A DNA stretch of 64,000 nucleotides from a bacterium. GTDB lineage: Bacteria > Zixibacteria > MSB-5A5 > GN15 > FEB-12. Under the pieces are notes generated by a model that searched no databases, was not told the DNA's origin, and saw nothing but the letters and a program-made list of their open reading frames with translations. The position numbers and the translations under genes are program-made. The stretch is taken from positions 84,304-148,303 of the forward strand of contig JAHLKV010000004.1 of NCBI GenBank assembly GCA_020444475.1, in the 5' to 3' direction. Of the stretch, positions 19,955 to 29,475 are shown piece by piece; positions within the stretch are counted from its first letter, which is position 1, and each line of letters opens with the position of its first letter.

Positions 19955-22723
19955 TTGTCCGACCTGACAGCCCCGCCGCGCAATGCGTTTGACCGGACCA
20001 ATGCGATTTTTGCCGGCCTCGTCTTTTTCACCGCTTTTATCGTCTATGCTCTGACGGTACAGCGGTCGTTTTCGTTTTGGGACTGCGGCGAATTCATTGC
20101 CTGTGCCCATATTCTCGGCATTCCGCACCCGCCGGGCACACCGCTGTTTGTCCTGATCGGACGGTTTATGTCCCTGATCCCGTTCGTGGAAGATATCTCC
20201 TACCGGATCAACTACCTCTCGGTCATCTCCTCCAGTTTTACGGCCTTGTTCAGCTATCTGGTGGTTGTCCGTATGGTCGGGTTTTTCTTCACGGACCAGC
20301 ACAACTCCGCCGTGAATCGCTGGATCGCCTATGTTGGCGGCGCCGCCGGAGCGCTGTTTGTAGCCTTTTCGACCACCAACTGGGCAAACTCGGTTGAGTC
20401 CGAAGTCTACGGTCCGTCGCTCGCTCTCATGACGCTCATGCTGTGGCTGACCCTCCGGTATTTCGAAGAACGCTGTACGGCGAAAAAGCTCAGGACCATG
20501 GTATTGGTCTACTTCATCGCGCTGGCCGGTGTCGGCATCCACATGACGCCGTTCCTGATTGTGCCCGTCCTGTCGATTTTCTACATGCTCAACGAACAGG
20601 CCACTCGCCGGGACTGGATTATGGTCAGCGGCTTCATACTGGCTGAGTTGCTGCTTATCATGGCCTTCGCCGATGGGCGGGGAGGGGCGCCGATGTTTTA
20701 TGTCGTCACGCTGGCTCTGGGTGCGCTCCTGCTCGCTTTCCTCTACAAAAAGATCAACTGGGCCATCACTATTGCCATCGTGTCGCTGTCGTCGCTGATG
20801 CTTGAGTTCTCCACCTTCCTGTATATCGCTCCGGCCGGATTGGTCCTGCTGGCCCTGCTGGGCGTCGCAGCCAAGCGTTTCGGCTGGAATTTCGAATGGA
20901 AAGTCGCCATGGCGATCGTGGTCGTGGGAATAATCGGTTTCAGCGTCCACATGTATATCCCCATCCGCTCTGCGCATAGCCCCCGAATCGACCAGAACAA
21001 TCCCAGCCGGGATCTGGAGACCTTCAAGAACTATCTTGATCGCAAACAGTACGGTCAGGAGTCGATGGTGAACCGGATGTTCGAGCGCCGAGGCACGTGG
21101 GAAAACCAGCTCGGGCGGCACCCCAACATGGGCTACTGGTCGTACTTCGAAGAGCAGTATTCCGACGCCGGATGGAATTTCGTGCCCTTCCTGCTGCTCG
21201 GGCTCTATGGCATGTATGTCGCTATTCGTAAGCGGGCGGAGATCGGCATGACCTTCTTCACGCTTTTCATAGTCTGCTCTCTCGGTCTGGTCTTGTATAT
21301 GAATTTCGCCGATGGCACCCAATACGACGGGGCCGATGCGTATCTCGAAGTCCGCAACCGTGACTACTTCTTCACGCCGGCATTCGTCTTTTTCGGAATC
21401 GCCATGGGGCTCGGCGTCAGCGGCCTGATCCAGCTGGTGAAGGAGAAACTGGCGGCGAACAACGAAGGCATGCAGAAGACGCTGGTGTATGCGTCGACCA
21501 TCCTGATTCTCCTGCCCGGTATATCGCTGGCCGACAACTATCACGAAAACGATCGGTCGAACAATTACCTGCCGTACAACTACGCGGCCAACATACTCGA
21601 TTCGTGCGGTGAGAACGCCATCCTGTTTACCTCCGGAGACAACGACACCTTCCCGGTCTGGTGCCTGCAGGAGGTCTATAACTATCGCAAAGATGTACGG
21701 GTGGTGAACCTCTCGCTGCTGAACACCGACTGGTACACCTGGCAGATGAAGGAGCAGTACGACGTTCCCATCTCGCTGACCCAGGATCAGATCTGGTGGT
21801 ATGCGTATGAGACCCCCATGGGAGAGACTCGTCAGCCAAGAGAACGATTCCGCGACCGACCGCGCGGGCGACTGGCCTATCTCCAGGCGACACCGTATCA
21901 GGGCCGGGTACTCCGGGTTGCGGATATGATGGTCGATGAGATCGTACTTGAGAACCGCTGGGAGAACCCGATCTATTTTACGTCGCAGCCGTACGACGCC
22001 TCCCCGCTGAACCTGCGCGATCGGGCCACCGCGGTCGGTATTCTCTACCGGCTCGACCGTGAACCACCGGACAACAAGATCGATATCGAGAAGGGCCTCG
22101 ACCTGTTCCAGAACACCTATCGGTTTGGCGGCCTTGAGAACTCCGAGGTTTTCCGCGATGAAAACGCGACCGGCATCTTCCTTGGGGTCGGCATGAATGC
22201 CGTACGTTTGTTCGACGCCATGGAGCGGAGCGGACGGGTCGACGAAGCCCGGTCGTTTATCCGCTCGATGATCGAGCGATATCCCGAGTACTGGCAGGCG
22301 AGCTACGTCCTGGCCGAAGATCTGGAACGGGATGGAGACTCAGCGCAGGCGATTGAGATCTATCGTACGCTCGAAGACACGCTGACTGCCTTCCTGGCCA
22401 CCAATCCGCAGAACCTGTTCTATATGCAGGATCTGGGGATGACGAAAGTCGAGATCGGTCAGCGCATACAGGATCAGCAGCTGGTAGACGACGGCATGCA
22501 GTTGATGTGGCAGGCGTTTGAGCTGAACCCCAACAGCAGCTATGCGTTCCGCAAGCTGATCACGATTCTCGCCCGACAGAACCGTGTCGCCGAGATGCGT
22601 AAGGCGGCCGAGATGATCGCCGAGTACAAAATCAATCTCTCCGATCCCTACGTCCAGCAGATACTCAGGGCGACCGGCGGGAGTATCCCCGGCAACGTGC
22701 CGCCATCGCCCTTCGACGAGTGA
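19955..22723 (+). CDS. DUF2723 domain protein (O-mannosyltransferase/GT39-like membrane protein) with C-terminal TPR region
   Basis: 922 aa. The N-terminus carries the hallmark DUF2723 motif (YALTVQRSFSFWDCGEFIACAHILGIPHPPGTPLF). A polytopic region follows. The C-terminal ~250 aa are TPR-like. The start codon is TTG, preceded by an AGGAGGAG ribosome-binding site. Confidence 0.75.
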   Translation: MSDLTAPPRNAFDRTNAIFAGLVFFTAFIVYALTVQRSFSFWDCGEFIACAHILGIPHPPGTPLFVLIGRFMSLIPFVEDISYRINYLSVISSSFTALFSYLVVVRMVGFFFTDQHNSAVNRWIAYVGGAAGALFVAFSTTNWANSVESEVYGPSLALMTLMLWLTLRYFEERCTAKKLRTMVLVYFIALAGVGIHMTPFLIVPVLSIFYMLNEQATRRDWIMVSGFILAELLLIMAFADGRGGAPMFYVVTLALGALLLAFLYKKINWAITIAIVSLSSLMLEFSTFLYIAPAGLVLLALLGVAAKRFGWNFEWKVAMAIVVVGIIGFSVHMYIPIRSAHSPRIDQNNPSRDLETFKNYLDRKQYGQESMVNRMFERRGTWENQLGRHPNMGYWSYFEEQYSDAGWNFVPFLLLGLYGMYVAIRKRAEIGMTFFTLFIVCSLGLVLYMNFADGTQYDGADAYLEVRNRDYFFTPAFVFFGIAMGLGVSGLIQLVKEKLAANNEGMQKTLVYASTILILLPGISLADNYHENDRSNNYLPYNYAANILDSCGENAILFTSGDNDTFPVWCLQEVYNYRKDVRVVNLSLLNTDWYTWQMKEQYDVPISLTQDQIWWYAYETPMGETRQPRERFRDRPRGRLAYLQATPYQGRVLRVADMMVDEIVLENRWENPIYFTSQPYDASPLNLRDRATAVGILYRLDREPPDNKIDIEKGLDLFQNTYRFGGLENSEVFRDENATGIFLGVGMNAVRLFDAMERSGRVDEARSFIRSMIERYPEYWQASYVLAEDLERDGDSAQAIEIYRTLEDTLTAFLATNPQNLFYMQDLGMTKVEIGQRIQDQQLVDDGMQLMWQAFELNPNSSYAFRKLITILARQNRVAEMRKAAEMIAEYKINLSDPYVQQILRATGGSIPGNVPPSPFDE

Positions 22724-22746
22724 GGATTATCCGACTGGAGATACAG

Positions 22747-22781
22747 AAAACCCCGGCCTTGAGGCCGGGGTTTTTTATTTC
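22747..22781 (+). terminator. Rho-independent terminator after the DUF2723 gene
   Basis: The hairpin ccccggccttgaggccgggg is followed by TTTTTTATTT. Confidence 0.8.
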
Positions 22782-22804
22782 TGCCCGAACTCCAGTGATC
22801 TTAA

Positions 22805-23347
22805 TCATGGTCTTGGAACGGGCTCGCTTGCGCTACTGAGCTGCGACTCCCATGATGCGCGAAGCTTCTGCACGAACGTCTCATAGTCCCCAGAGTTGAG
22901 TCGGCGCGGAATGACGTGCGCAGTCGCCGACCCGACTACAACGAACGTGTGCTCGTCGGTAGTGGCGATATCTTCAATGCCTCTCCAGCCGATCGTCAAC
23001 GCATCGACTTCGGACGTAATGGTCAGACCCGCCTCGACTAGTTCTGCGCGGTGCCAGCCGAGAGCCCCCCTGTTCTCGGACTCACCGTAGATCTTCGCGA
23101 GTCGTCTCTTCACCCGCCTGGGATAGTCGAACCAAGCGAAGGCCGATGCGCCGATTCCCCCAAGCGCCAAATATAGAATCACGTTTGATTTCTCGAGGGC
23201 GGCGATGCCGATGAGGAGGCAGACGATGCAGACAGCTCCCGTTAAGAGTGGAAAAAGGCGATAGCGACGAGCAGTCTTTGAGGTTCGAAGCCAGTAGTCA
23301 CCGAATTGAAGCAGATCGTCGAGCGTTATATCATACTCGATTTTCAC
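22805..23347 (-). CDS. YcxB-like membrane protein (hypothetical)
   Basis: 180 aa with two transmembrane helices in the middle. The N-terminal and C-terminal regions have a bPH/YcxB-like character. Confidence 0.35.
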   Translation of the reverse strand: MKIEYDITLDDLLQFGDYWLRTSKTARRYRLFPLLTGAVCIVCLLIGIAALEKSNVILYLALGGIGASAFAWFDYPRRVKRRLAKIYGESENRGALGWHRAELVEAGLTITSEVDALTIGWRGIEDIATTDEHTFVVVGSATAHVIPRRLNSGDYETFVQKLRASWESQLSSASEPVPRP

Positions 23348-23417
23348 GACATCCCTCCCGGTACCGATGCGAAGATGAAGAAACCGGGCCCCTCAAATGA
23401 GCGACCCGGTGAGATGA

Positions 23418-23933
23418 TCAGTCGGAGAACTTGTAGCCGGAGCGGCGACGATAGCCGCCCCCGGCCTTCTCGAGCATCTTCTCCGCGACGAATTCATGGC
23501 GGACCGTCGCGAAGTCGTCGTAATAGCGGCTAATGACGTTGTTCACGTCCTCTTCGCTGTAAGTTTTGCTCGGCTCGAACTGGGCGAGGATGAACTCCAG
23601 CAGGTACTTGCGCTCAAACGGCTTCGACGGCAGCTCCTCGATATGATCGTCTTTGACGTAGTCCTTGACGATTTTGGCCTTGTGCGGCTTGCCGTTGCCA
23701 TTACCATTACCGTTTGTTCCATCGTTGGCGTGGCGTTCGAGCCATTCGTGCACCGCTGACTCCGGGATGCGCCAGTCCTTGCCGATCTTAAACGCCCGGA
23801 TCTCACCCGCCTGTACCTTACGGGTGATGACCTGGACGTTCATTTTCAGCTTCTTGGCCAGCTCCGCGGTAGTAAAGAATTCCGTGTTTTTGATGATTCC
23901 TTCGACATATTCCATTGAAAATCTCCATTGCAC
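23418..23933 (-). CDS. Helix-turn-helix (excisionase/MerR-type) plus DUF2087 domain transcriptional regulator
   Basis: The N-terminal HTH (TTAELAKKLKMNVQVITRKVQAGEIRAFKIGKDWRIPESAVHEWL) is followed by a GNGNGNG linker. The C-terminal domain (FERKYLLEFILAQFEPSKTYSEEDVNNVISRYYDDFATVRHEFV) is DUF2087-like. The true start may be the internal Met at 23915. Confidence 0.5.
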   Translation of the reverse strand: MQWRFSMEYVEGIIKNTEFFTTAELAKKLKMNVQVITRKVQAGEIRAFKIGKDWRIPESAVHEWLERHANDGTNGNGNGNGKPHKAKIVKDYVKDDHIEELPSKPFERKYLLEFILAQFEPSKTYSEEDVNNVISRYYDDFATVRHEFVAEKMLEKAGGGYRRRSGYKFSD

Positions 23934-24099
23934 TCACTGGGGTAGGATGAGCAAACGAACACTGTTTTTGGATTATTGTCAAACCCTTTTTGGGAGTATG
24001 ATGTATTTCACCATCACGTTGCGTGCGAGTACAGCGCGACTTCTGCGTTCTATCTTCACCGGTTGACTTTCTCCGTGCAAAAAACGTAATTCAACCTAC

Positions 24100-24999
24100 A
24101 TGACAGCATTCGTATACGTTCTCCTTTGTTTGATCTGGGGCTCGACCTGGATCGCCATCAAGATCGGTCTGTCCGCCGCCCCACCGCTGCAGACTGCGTC
24201 GCTTCGTTTCATGCTCGCCGTGTCGATCCTCACCGCCATCGTCATCCTGAGGAAGTACCCGTATCCAGACGGGTGGCGAACCTGGGTGAAGGTCGGGTAT
24301 CCGGGGGTGTGGATGTACGGGATACATTACGCACTGATCTACTTCGCTCAGCTGCATATCAGCTCCTCGCTCACCGCGGTGCTGTTTGCGTCGTTTCCGT
24401 TTTTCGTCGCCATCCTCTCCACGCTGCGGTTGCACGAGACGCCGGTTACGAGGCTCGGCTGGTGCGGGATCGCGGTCGGCTTCGGCGGCGTGGTGCTGAT
24501 CTCGTACGAGCAGCTGGCGACCTCCGGTGATCTCTTCCTCGGGACGGTGCTGGCGCTGGCGGCGACTTATGCTGCGGCGCACGGGCTGGTGCTGCACAAG
24601 AAGTACCACGCCCGGGAGAACATCGTGGTGACCTCAAGCATCCAGATGTTGTTTGGCGGCGTACCGGTGCTGATCGCGGCGCTGCTGTTCGAGAGCTGGT
24701 CCGACTTCCACGTCTCGGCGGAGTCGGTGGGGTCGATTGTTTACCTGGCGGTCATGGGCACGGTGGTCGCTTTCCTGTCCTACTACTGGCTCCTGGCCCG
24801 CATGACCGCCGTATCCGCATCGCTCACCGCGTTTATCACGCCGTTGGTGGCGATCTTCATCGGCGTGTTGTTTTTTGCCGAGTCCCTCTCAATCCCCATC
24901 ATCGCCGGGGCCACCCTCATCCTCTCCGGGGTGGCGCTCTCTATTGAGCGACCGAACGGCCAGACTAAATCGCCCGTCTCTCCCATGCCGCCGACGTAG
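24100..24999 (+). CDS. EamA/DMT family transporter
   Basis: 299 aa with ~10 transmembrane helices and two EamA-like halves. Confidence 0.7.
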   Translation: MTAFVYVLLCLIWGSTWIAIKIGLSAAPPLQTASLRFMLAVSILTAIVILRKYPYPDGWRTWVKVGYPGVWMYGIHYALIYFAQLHISSSLTAVLFASFPFFVAILSTLRLHETPVTRLGWCGIAVGFGGVVLISYEQLATSGDLFLGTVLALAATYAAAHGLVLHKKYHARENIVVTSSIQMLFGGVPVLIAALLFESWSDFHVSAESVGSIVYLAVMGTVVAFLSYYWLLARMTAVSASLTAFITPLVAIFIGVLFFAESLSIPIIAGATLILSGVALSIERPNGQTKSPVSPMPPT

Positions 25000-25006
25000 A
25001 CAAGGT

Positions 25007-26902
25007 TTAGAAGTCTATCCCGACACCAATCGCTGTCGGGTTCGGATGCTCGCTGTCCGAGACCGGACCGAGCCATCGGGCGCCGTTGGCCGCCCAGTCT
25101 TCGGAGTAGCTGTCGTTCCCGCCACCATCGACGAATACTCCAAAACAGGCCAGGACCGAACGGATACCGGTCGCAATTGAGTTAGCGCGGCCGAGCGTCG
25201 TGGTGCCGGTCTTCGTGGTGTAGACATCATCGCCGGCATGGTCGTGAAATATCCCGATACCGTTGGCGTTGCCTCCCCCTAGCGAGAGATTGGGGACCGT
25301 GTACTTGTCGTTGCCGGAGCGCTCATTGAAGTAGCCGATCGTGAAATCATGGCCGGCCCCGACCGCCATGTTATGGCTGGCCGCATAGATGTCGTCGCCT
25401 GCAAAATCATCGAGATAGCCAACCGCAAAATGCGCCCCGCTGCCCATGACATACCAGACACCCTCGTGGGTGTCATCGCCGGCGGCATCAATCAGCATCC
25501 CGACCGAAAACCAGTAGGCGCAGCCCTGGGCGAACAAACCCGACGAGTACCTGTCGTTGCCCGAGAGATCGCAGAGAATACCGACCCCGCCGGCCCAGCT
25601 GTGGCCGTCGATAAAATCCGCCCGCCGACCAAATCCGACTCCCTGCGCGAGGGAGTTGTTGTGTTCGTTGTTTTGCGAAGCGGCCGAGAAGATCGTGTCG
25701 TCTTCGGCGATGTACACGTCATCACCGGCGCCGTCGAGCAACAGCCCGCAGCCGCGCGAGTAGCCAAACCCCTGCGACATCGACCAGCAGTACAGACTGT
25801 CATCCCCCTCCTGATCCGAAAGCACACCCAGTCCGAACGCGCCCGCTCCCTGTGTGAGATAGCGACCGCTGTAGGTGTCATTCCCCGCCTTATCGATCAC
25901 GGCGCCGACTCCAAACACGCCTGCTCCCTGACACACGTTCTGTCCCCTGTAGCTGTCATCACCGGCGAGATCAAGCACGTACGACAGCGAGATAAGCCCG
26001 CCGCCGATGCCCGGCTTGGTGGAGTCTTCGGAGATATACCGGTCGTTGCCGGCCAGATCGACTATGGCCGCGATCGGGCGTTCTTCGTTTTGTCCCGGAA
26101 ACGAATAAACGTCGTTGCCGCCGCCGTCGACTATCAGCAGCGGCGCCTGAATGTACTCGAACCGGTCATCACCGGCGGTGCCGACAATGATATCACCGTG
26201 CGAGGTCCCGATCTTCACGACGTAGTCAGGGAACGCGCAGTCCGGGAGTTTCTCGGCGAGGCGTTTTAGCGCCTCGGCGATATCTTCAGCCCCGGCCACC
26301 ATCCGGCCCATATCCACTTTGGCGTACAGCTCTTCGATCTCATCCCCGCGTGAACTGGAGTCCTCAATGAGGTACTGCCAGAGGGCGTCGCGATACTTGT
26401 TCTTGTCGATTTCTTCGATCCCGACCCGGAAGTAGTTGTCCTCGTCGTCGACCACGCGATAGAAGAGATCGATGGCATCGCGAAGGGTCTTGTTTTCGTT
26501 GCCGGTCAGGACATTCCGTTTGTAGCAGATCGAGAATTTCGACAGCGAGTCATCGGCATCGATATACGGTTCCAGCTGATCGCCTATCAAACCACGCCGG
26601 ATCGGCTGGTCGGCACGCTGCCCGGCGAAAGCGAGCAGGCCGACGAGGTCAGCGGTCTTTCCCGACAGCTCCTCGACGATCAGGTCGGCATGCTTCGGCA
26701 GCGAGAAGGGGTTCCGGTGGTAGAGGGTGAAGTAAGACAGGCGCCATAGGTCCCCCTGCCAGGTAGCCATTTCATCCTGATCGAACCGGACGTCGGCGGA
26801 GTTCAGACCGACCTGGGCGAGCGCCGAGTCGAACGGGGCGAGCTCTTGCGCCGCGGCAGCCTGAGAGATACACAAGAGAGCGATAGCCAGTAGGTATTTC
26901 AT
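25007..26902 (-). CDS. Secreted repeat protein with ~17 tandem ~22-aa GNDxY/GDDxY repeats (beta-helix-like), unknown family
   Basis: The signal peptide MKYLLAIALLCISQAAAAQ begins at the ATG at 26902, with a GGAG 8 nt upstream. The N-terminal ~230 aa are non-repetitive. They are followed by repeats of the form L-x-D-x-A/G-G-N/D-D-x-Y...QG-x-G-x-x-G-x-G. The periodicity is also visible at the nucleotide level. Confidence 0.6.
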   Translation of the reverse strand: MKYLLAIALLCISQAAAAQELAPFDSALAQVGLNSADVRFDQDEMATWQGDLWRLSYFTLYHRNPFSLPKHADLIVEELSGKTADLVGLLAFAGQRADQPIRRGLIGDQLEPYIDADDSLSKFSICYKRNVLTGNENKTLRDAIDLFYRVVDDEDNYFRVGIEEIDKNKYRDALWQYLIEDSSSRGDEIEELYAKVDMGRMVAGAEDIAEALKRLAEKLPDCAFPDYVVKIGTSHGDIIVGTAGDDRFEYIQAPLLIVDGGGNDVYSFPGQNEERPIAAIVDLAGNDRYISEDSTKPGIGGGLISLSYVLDLAGDDSYRGQNVCQGAGVFGVGAVIDKAGNDTYSGRYLTQGAGAFGLGVLSDQEGDDSLYCWSMSQGFGYSRGCGLLLDGAGDDVYIAEDDTIFSAASQNNEHNNSLAQGVGFGRRADFIDGHSWAGGVGILCDLSGNDRYSSGLFAQGCAYWFSVGMLIDAAGDDTHEGVWYVMGSGAHFAVGYLDDFAGDDIYAASHNMAVGAGHDFTIGYFNERSGNDKYTVPNLSLGGGNANGIGIFHDHAGDDVYTTKTGTTTLGRANSIATGIRSVLACFGVFVDGGGNDSYSEDWAANGARWLGPVSDSEHPNPTAIGVGIDF

Positions 26903-27078
26903 CGATTCAACTCCATCGAAGCGATATTTCTTTTTCCCCAAGCTATCCGCCTGCCGCCCCGGAACAACCTTTTTCTAGCACAATCCGGGTGCTCCCCGCC
27001 CCGTATCCGCTTGTCTCGCGGGCGGCATTTGGTTATGTTCGCAGTCAGTCTGAAATGCCTTTCGGCAGGGAGGTTTGC

Positions 27079-28491
27079 ATGAGTCTTGACAAGCTCAAGA
27101 AGATGGTTAAAGACCATGGGGTGGAGTATCTCGACCTGAAGTTCGGCGATCTGCTGGGCTTCTGGCATCATATCACACTTCCGGTCAGCGAACTTGGCAC
27201 CGGGTTGTTCACCAACGGGGTCGGGGTCGACGGATCTTCGCTGCCCGGCTTCTCGCGAATCGAAAACGGAGACATGATTCTCCTGCCGGTCGCGGACACG
27301 GCGTTTATCGATCCCTTCTTTGATCGTCCGACCCTCTCGATGTTGGGCGACATCATGGAAGTCGGCGACAAAGTGCTGCCGTACTCGCGCAATCCCCGCC
27401 GGGTGGCGAGTCACGCCGAAGCGTACCTTGCGAAAACGATCAAGGGCGCCAAGATCATTCTCGGTCCCGAGTTCGAGTTCTACGTCTTTGACCGGGTGAA
27501 CTTCTTCCAGGGACCGGACAGCGCTTTCTACGATCTCGACTCGACCGAGGCGATGTGGCAGGCGCCGGATGACGATGAAAACCTCGGCTATAAGATCCCT
27601 TCGAAAAAGGGTTATCATATCGCGCCGCCGATGGATCGTATCTACAATCTTCGTTCGGAGATTTGTTCGATGCTGGCCAAGGTTGGGGTCGGGTTGAAAT
27701 ACCATCATCACGAAGTCGGTGGCGGCGGGCAGCATGAGATCGAAGTTCAGTTTGCGCCGTTGCTGGCGATGGGGGACCAGTCGATGCTGGTCAAGTACTT
27801 CGTCAAAAACCAGGCGTTTCGTTCGGGCAAGTCGGCGACCTTTATGCCCAAGCCGCTGTTCAACGAGCCGGGTTCGGGCCTGCACGTTCACCAGTATATC
27901 GCCGACTCCAAAGGCTCGATCTTCTTCGACAAAAACGGCCGGGCGCGGTTTTCGGATATCGGCCTGTGGTATATCGGCGGGATGCTGAAGCACGTCGATT
28001 CGATCCTCGCGTTCACGAATCCCTCGACCAATTCCTTCAAGCGGCTCGTGCCGGGGTTCGAAGCGCCGGTGGCAGGGACGTATTCGGTGGGCAACCGGAC
28101 CGCCTGTATTCGTATTCCCGGCTATCAGCGCGATCCGAAAAAGATGCGCTTCGAGTTCCGTCCCCCCGACGGTACGATGAATCCGTATCTGGCGTTTGCG
28201 GCGATGTTGATGGCGGGTATCGATGGTATCAAAAACAAGATCGATCCGGGTCTGCCGCTCGATCAAAACCTCGATGAGATGAAACCTGAAGATCTGGTGC
28301 ATATGCACATGCTGCCGACGTCGCTCAACAAGGCGATGAACGCCCTCGAAGAAGACAACAGCTATTTGCTCGAAGGTGGCGTGTTCACCGAAGATCTGCT
28401 GGAGAACTGGATTAAGCTCAAACGGAAAGAAGTGACGGAGATTCGTATCCGTCCGACACCGTACGAGTTTGAGATGTATTACGATTTGTAA
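27079..28491 (+). CDS. glnA: Glutamine synthetase, type I
   Basis: 470 aa starting at MSLDKLKKMVKDHGVEYLDLKFGDLLGFWHH (GS beta-grasp). The catalytic domain carries HHHEVGGGGQHEIEVQF and the C-terminal NSFKRLVPGFEAP and MRFEFRPPD motifs. The tracked ORF starts 90 nt earlier, at 26989, with no homology support. Confidence 0.85.
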   Translation: MSLDKLKKMVKDHGVEYLDLKFGDLLGFWHHITLPVSELGTGLFTNGVGVDGSSLPGFSRIENGDMILLPVADTAFIDPFFDRPTLSMLGDIMEVGDKVLPYSRNPRRVASHAEAYLAKTIKGAKIILGPEFEFYVFDRVNFFQGPDSAFYDLDSTEAMWQAPDDDENLGYKIPSKKGYHIAPPMDRIYNLRSEICSMLAKVGVGLKYHHHEVGGGGQHEIEVQFAPLLAMGDQSMLVKYFVKNQAFRSGKSATFMPKPLFNEPGSGLHVHQYIADSKGSIFFDKNGRARFSDIGLWYIGGMLKHVDSILAFTNPSTNSFKRLVPGFEAPVAGTYSVGNRTACIRIPGYQRDPKKMRFEFRPPDGTMNPYLAFAAMLMAGIDGIKNKIDPGLPLDQNLDEMKPEDLVHMHMLPTSLNKAMNALEEDNSYLLEGGVFTEDLLENWIKLKRKEVTEIRIRPTPYEFEMYYDL

Positions 28492-28605
28492 ATCTTGCAA
28501 ATGGTGTTGAGACGCGTGGTGCACGGGGACGTACACCGCGCACGAAGACACTACGCACGAAATGAGAGCGGGCGCAGCCGAGTTGGTTGCGCCCGTTTTG
28601 CTTTG

Positions 28606-28672
28606 GATCGGACCCACCCGGGACGGGTGGGGTACAGCTCCATGCAAAGCCACCCGGGACGGGTGGGGTACT
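28606..28672 (+). repeat. Duplicated 21-nt hairpin motif (cccacccgggacgggtgggg-tac), two copies 37 nt apart
   Basis: Direct reading shows cacccgggacgggtggggtac at both ~28613 and ~28650. Each copy is an 8-bp-stem hairpin. Confidence 0.6.
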
Positions 28673-28975
28673 CGCTTCTTGTGCGGGGTCTTCCTGCGGA
28701 ACGCCCGGAAACGACTTTTTCGCTGTACAAGTGTGAATGCGTGCGGGTTACGGCGAAATGGGTTTGTTTTGTCATTTTTTAAGTTCTTTTTTTTGATTCG
28801 GTGCATGTGCGGACGGAGTTTCGGCGTGCGGCGGATCATTGAGATAAGTGCTGTCGACGAGCCCGTGCGCATTCTACGCCCTTTCCTTTACAAAAGGGGG
28901 CAGATGTATGATCACCATCGAAGTTGTAGGGAAATCGTGGGATCCGTGGTGCACGGGGACGTTCACCACGCACGG

Positions 28976-29470
28976 TGTCTTCGAGCGTCACGTGTCGTTC
29001 GGCTCCGGCGTGCTAGCACGTGACGCAACGGGGGTGTCGGGCTGCAAGCAGCCTCGACCTACTTCCAAGATAGATACCTGTTTTCACGGGTATGACAGAA
29101 CTTTGTTCTGTCTTGATTGAAGATGGGTACCTGCCTCCGCAGGAATGACACATCTTCGATGTGTCTACGGGCGTCACGTGTCGTTCGCCTCCGGCGTGCT
29201 AGCACGTGACGCAACAGGGGTGTCGGGCTGCAAGCAGCCTCGACCTACTTCCAAGATAGATACCTGTTTTCACGGGTATGACAGAACTTTGTTCTGTCTT
29301 GATTGAAGATGGGTACCTGCCTCCGCAGGTATGACACATCTTCGATGTGTCTTCGGGCGTCACGTGTCGTTCGCCTCCGGCGTGCTAGCACGTGACGCAA
29401 CAGCGATGTCGGGCTGCAAGCAGCCTCGACCTACTCCTGAGATAGATACCCGTTTTCACGGGTATGACAC
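28976..29470 (+). repeat. Tandem repeat array, 186-bp unit x ~2.65 copies, hairpin-dense (candidate structured RNA)
   Basis: Unit starts are at 28976, 29162 and 29348; the third copy is truncated near 29470. Each unit holds at least 6 perfect hairpins, for example gacacatc-ttc-gatgtgtc, acagaac-ttt-gttctgt, tacctgc-ctcc-gcaggta, atacc(t/c)gt-tttc-acgggtat and gcgtcacgtg...cacgtgacgc. Copy-to-copy identity is ~95%. Confidence 0.85.
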
Positions 29471-29475
29471 GTTTC

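Noticed and set aside
26989-27078. N-terminal 30-aa extension of the glnA ORF
   Set aside because: Homology to glutamine synthetase begins at MSLDKLKK (27079). The upstream residues are not GS-like.
28495-29120. ORFs translated across the repeat region (28495..28782, 28562..29023, 28848..29120)
   Set aside because: They span tandem-repeat and hairpin DNA, have no ribosome-binding sites, and have Arg/Cys/His-rich composition. They are spurious.
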